A stretch of DNA of 64,000 nucleotides, from positions 1 to 64,000 of IMG/VR virus record IMGVR_UViG_3300021255_001460, one strand, 5' to 3'. Below the pieces are notes generated by a model. It was given only the letters and a program-made list of their open reading frames with translations. It was not told the DNA's origin and did no database searches. How positions within the stretch are numbered: position 1 is the first letter of the stretch; each line of letters opens with the position of its first letter. Of this stretch, positions 60,701-64,000 are shown in pieces. A program made the translations under genes and the position numbers. This DNA comes from a virus. Its lineage: Duplodnaviria > Caudoviricetes.

Positions 60701-63491
60701 AATAACGTCCATGAGCAGTGGGAATTTGATCTTCCTGCCGCCTGATCTTACTGGCGGTTGCGTCGATGGTATTCAAGGTTTCATAAGCGGATCGTTTCGA
60801 TGCCTCTTTTTGTAGCCGCAGATTTTCAGCAAGTGATTCGTTCAGCTTGTCTACCATATCTTTCTGGTAGCTATACTTATCACCAATATTCTGCACACCG
60901 CTGGTAATACCGGGAATTAATCCTTCAAGAGCCGCATAAATTTCATTCAGCTTTTGCTGATCTTCTGCGGTCTTGTCTGTTTTCTTGGAAAGTTCTTCAT
61001 ACTCATCGCGAAGTGCGACAATAGCGTCATTTTTCTGTGCAAATTTTTCCTGTTCTTCTCTTGCGTCACTAATACTATTTTTAATGTCAGACAAAGACTG
61101 ATCAATATCTTCGCTACGGTCGGCAATTTCCGTTTCAGCACCGCCAACCATTCCGATCAAAGAAGAGAACAGCGCAATCATCGCACCAACACCAGCCGCA
61201 ATCATTGCATACGGATGGCCTGTGGCGAAGTTAATAATTGTGTCGAACAAGTTAAATGATTTGTGAGCATTCAGGAAAGTTACTAAAGATCCAATCAGAC
61301 CAATGAGAACCGGGAGCGCGATATTCAGTCCACCAACAGCGCTGGTCACATCGAGGAAATCGGTGGCAAGATCAAGCAATCCCTTAGTGATTTCTGGAAT
61401 GTGGAAGGCACTATATAGTTTTTCCAACGAAGCCTGAAGTCTACCTTGTGCCGCCGTAACTGATTCCTGCCAGACCGCGAAAGACTCAGTTGTGGTATTG
61501 GCACTATCCATTGCGATTTGATATAGTGTCAGTGCGCGAGAAACTCCGTCTACACTTTCAGCCGTCTTTGACAAATCTTCCATCAAGCCGATAAAGAAGT
61601 TCTGTCCACGAGTACCAGCCATAACTGTAGCCAGATAGGATCGGGTCTTGCTATCCATGTCTGCCCACTTTTCACCGATCTCGTTAAACACTTGGCCCAT
61701 CTTACGCCACTTGCCATTCGCATCCATCAGAGCAATACCCTGTGTGGCAAGTGCTTTTGTAACATCATTCAGTTTGGTTTCGTCATCACTATTGAAACCA
61801 GTCTGCTTGATCTGACGCATACGTGCCAGAATTGTGTTCAGCGCAGTACCGATAGATTCAGGGGCAAGACGAGTACGCTCGGACAATGTGGCAATCCAAG
61901 AAGACAATTGCTCAAACGATACACCAGCATCAGATGCAACACTCGCAACCTTCTGCATTGCGGTTGCCATTTCAGCACCACTCGTTGCGGCGGCGTTTCC
62001 CATTGCGATAAACGTATCTGTGACATGTTCGATATTAAGTCCAACTTGTCCTGTGGCATCATCAACCCAACCGGAATAACCGTTCAGAGTTGCAGTCAAA
62101 AGTTCTGAAGCTTCGTCAAAATTCATCTTGGTAACCTTTGCGAACTCGGTTACCCATTTAAGTCTGTCGTCAACTTCATCATCACTCAAGCCCTGACGAT
62201 AGAATGTAATTGCCGCTTCAGCAATCTCTTTGCTACTAACATTCATCTCACGAGCCATATCGCGATACTTAACAGCCAGTTCGTCTGCGGCTTGTTGGTT
62301 CATACCAGTAACCACACGAATTTCGTTCATCTGGTCATAGTATTCGTTAGCATATTGGGTTGCTTCCTGCCACATTTTTCGCAGAAGATTTTGGGCGGCA
62401 TGAACACCAATCTGCACCAATGATGTAAGAATCTTGTCAGCCAGCGTGGTGGTGACCGTTAGTTCAGAATTCGCGTCGGCAAACTTACCCCTGAGATCTG
62501 TGGCATAATCGCCTGACTTGCGAATATAGTCAGCTTCCAGTTGAGTATTATCAGCGCCAGCATCAACAAGCGCATTAATCTCGGCTTCTACACCCCTCAA
62601 CTGTTGTGCATAATGATAAGACTGTTCAATAGCCGCAGAACGTTTTTCTTCACTCGAAGATTCGGAATGTCCAACAGCATCTGCGGATGACATTTTCTTA
62701 AAGTATTCAAGACGCTGTTTGTATAGTTCGTTAAGCCGCCTCTGATTGGCGATCTCATTTTGTGTAGCAGTTGTGTCGGCTTGCTTAGCCCTGACCAAAG
62801 CGGCTTCCTGCTCATATGTTCTGTTCAGCTGTTCAAGTGCATTGCGCTGTGTTTCAGTCAGAGTGATGTTCCGGGATCTCTGCTCATACTCCGCACGTAA
62901 AGCATCTGCCTGTGCATGTAAGGCCACAATAGAATTTGCATCTTTTGATGGATCAAGTTTTGCGGCCTGTAATTCATATGAGTTGATTTGCTTCTGGAGA
63001 CTCAACAACTGCTGATATTGTTCGACTTGCCTTTTGGAGGCTTCAGTTGCGGCCTTTTGATCGGCAACCTGTGCTTTGATTTGCTCAGTACGAGTCTGTC
63101 CTTTTGAAACAAGTTCCGCAAGTTGAAGCTTTTCTTTGTCATTGAACTTGATGCTATCTACAATCAGATTAACAATAGCACCTAACTTCTCCGCTCTTTT
63201 TTGTAGCGCTTGCAGTTCGCTGGCATTTGTCTCAGCACTTAACCGCGCATTCTGAGCAGATATGTTATTAAGTTCGGACAAAACCTTCTTGAGTTCATTA
63301 TAAGCGATAGTGGCTTCCTTGGCAGACTTTGCCGCGCCAGACTGGTTACCCATATCAGCGATTGCACCATCAACGCCACTGATCTACCCTTTGATTTTGT
63401 CCATCTGTTCTGCGGTGAACGATGTTGCACTAACTAGCGCATCATGTAATGGTTTCCAGTTAATGACTAGTTCGCCAACATTAACAGCCAT
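54780..63491 (-). CDS. tape measure protein, 2903 aa, single in-frame TAG at codon 36 (63384-86)
   Basis: GGGGAGG RBS; MAVNVGELVIN...KIKG*ISGVDGAIADM joins the 2857-aa ORF; TP901-type core; C-terminal GGLIDRTG.AWLDGT. Confidence 0.9.
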
Positions 63492-63518
63492 AGGTTATCC
63501 CTCCCCTAGTAAAACAAG

Positions 63519-63542
63519 AAAAAGGGGGTTGTTACACCCCCT
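63519..63542 (-). terminator. intrinsic terminator just upstream of the tape measure gene
   Basis: AGGGGGT...ACCCCCTTTTT on -. Confidence 0.7.
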
Positions 63543-63547
63543 CATAA

Positions 63548-64000
63548 TCAGTTAACTTTGCGCGGTTTCAGGTCGATAACATTGCCAGCAGTGCCAACAA
63601 CTCTTACACCATTCGCCTTTTTCGCTTCGGTATTCTTATTAGGAAGGCTATTAAGGACTTCCATAACATCGATCATCCGTTCAGTCAGCCCACTCTGATC
63701 TGCAAGCTGTGCCGCAACATCTGGATTGTCAAACACAAAACCAAAACTCTTCATAAAATTGTGAGACAGACTATGCCGCGACATAAATGTAGAAACGACA
63801 ACAGTGCGAACATCAAAAACATTTTCCATGCATATCGATTCATCCTTGATCACCGCACAAATCTGTTCTGCGATTCCACTCGACCAAAGATAATCATAAA
63901 CCTTGTCGCACTCTTCAGCGTTATTGATATCAAACTTGATGTTTGTATAATACTCGGCATTAAGCAATGTCCGCATCATTTTCTCGTTCGTGAAGAAACA
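63548..64000 (-). CDS. hypothetical protein (possible tail assembly chaperone), probably 5'-truncated
   Basis: Frame is open to the window edge; lies upstream of the tape measure. Confidence 0.55.
   Translation of the reverse strand, partial: CFFTNEKMMRTLLNAEYYTNIKFDINNAEECDKVYDYLWSSGIAEQICAVIKDESICMENVFDVRTVVVSTFMSRHSLSHNFMKSFGFVFDNPDVAAQLADQSGLTERMIDVMEVLNSLPNKNTEAKKANGVRVVGTAGNVIDLKPRKVN

Larger units (their letters stand above)
1..64000. other. Segment of a large tailed-phage genome (siphovirus-like, probably temperate, Firmicutes host)
   Basis: Tape measure, Dit, tail, BppU-like, holin and endolysin genes plus phage replication genes; no host housekeeping operons. Confidence 0.93.

Noticed and set aside
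10848-63491. TAG-interrupted genes as pseudogenes of a decaying prophage
   Set aside because: All ten lesions are TAG, with no TAA, TGA or frameshifts; the large ORFs and start contexts are intact and the lesions are 5'-biased
10848-63491. TGA recoding, selenocysteine or pyrrolysine
   Set aside because: TGA is a normal stop throughout, and no pyl or sel genes are recognisable in the window

Overview
64 kb of a large tailed dsDNA phage, probably a temperate siphovirus of a Firmicutes/Clostridia-type host (inferred from AGGAGG-type RBSs, sigmaA-like promoters, DnaE, a RemA homologue and an NlpC/P60-SH3 lysin). Layout: small early ORFs (0.1-7.6 kb); integrase, Sak4-like ATPase, SSB and sigma factor; a + strand baseplate/fibre block (10.8-15.3 kb); a structured non-coding region; replication and nucleotide genes (primase-helicase, Cas4/RecB-like nuclease, DnaE, dUTPase, NrdDG, RuvC); a small-gene array; a Thg1/PAPS-reductase/SufS/RNA-ligase cluster; two more tyrosine recombinases; and a - strand lysis and tail module ending in a 2903-aa tape measure. 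Main hidden signals: (1) ten in-frame TAG codons in eight late-function genes, eight of them within the first 38 codons and only one in the whole tape measure, which looks like an amber gate on late genes rather than wholesale recoding; (2) a two-locus shufflon with four identical 13-bp sites (CGTTAAACAGCAA) 30 kb apart and an adjacent tyrosine recombinase; (3) two ORF-less group I introns, in dnaE (apparently lacking the canonical terminal G) and in the tail protein gene; (4) two related tRNA-like RNAs with no usable anticodon arm. All calls come from reading the sequence and ORF track; no database searches were run.
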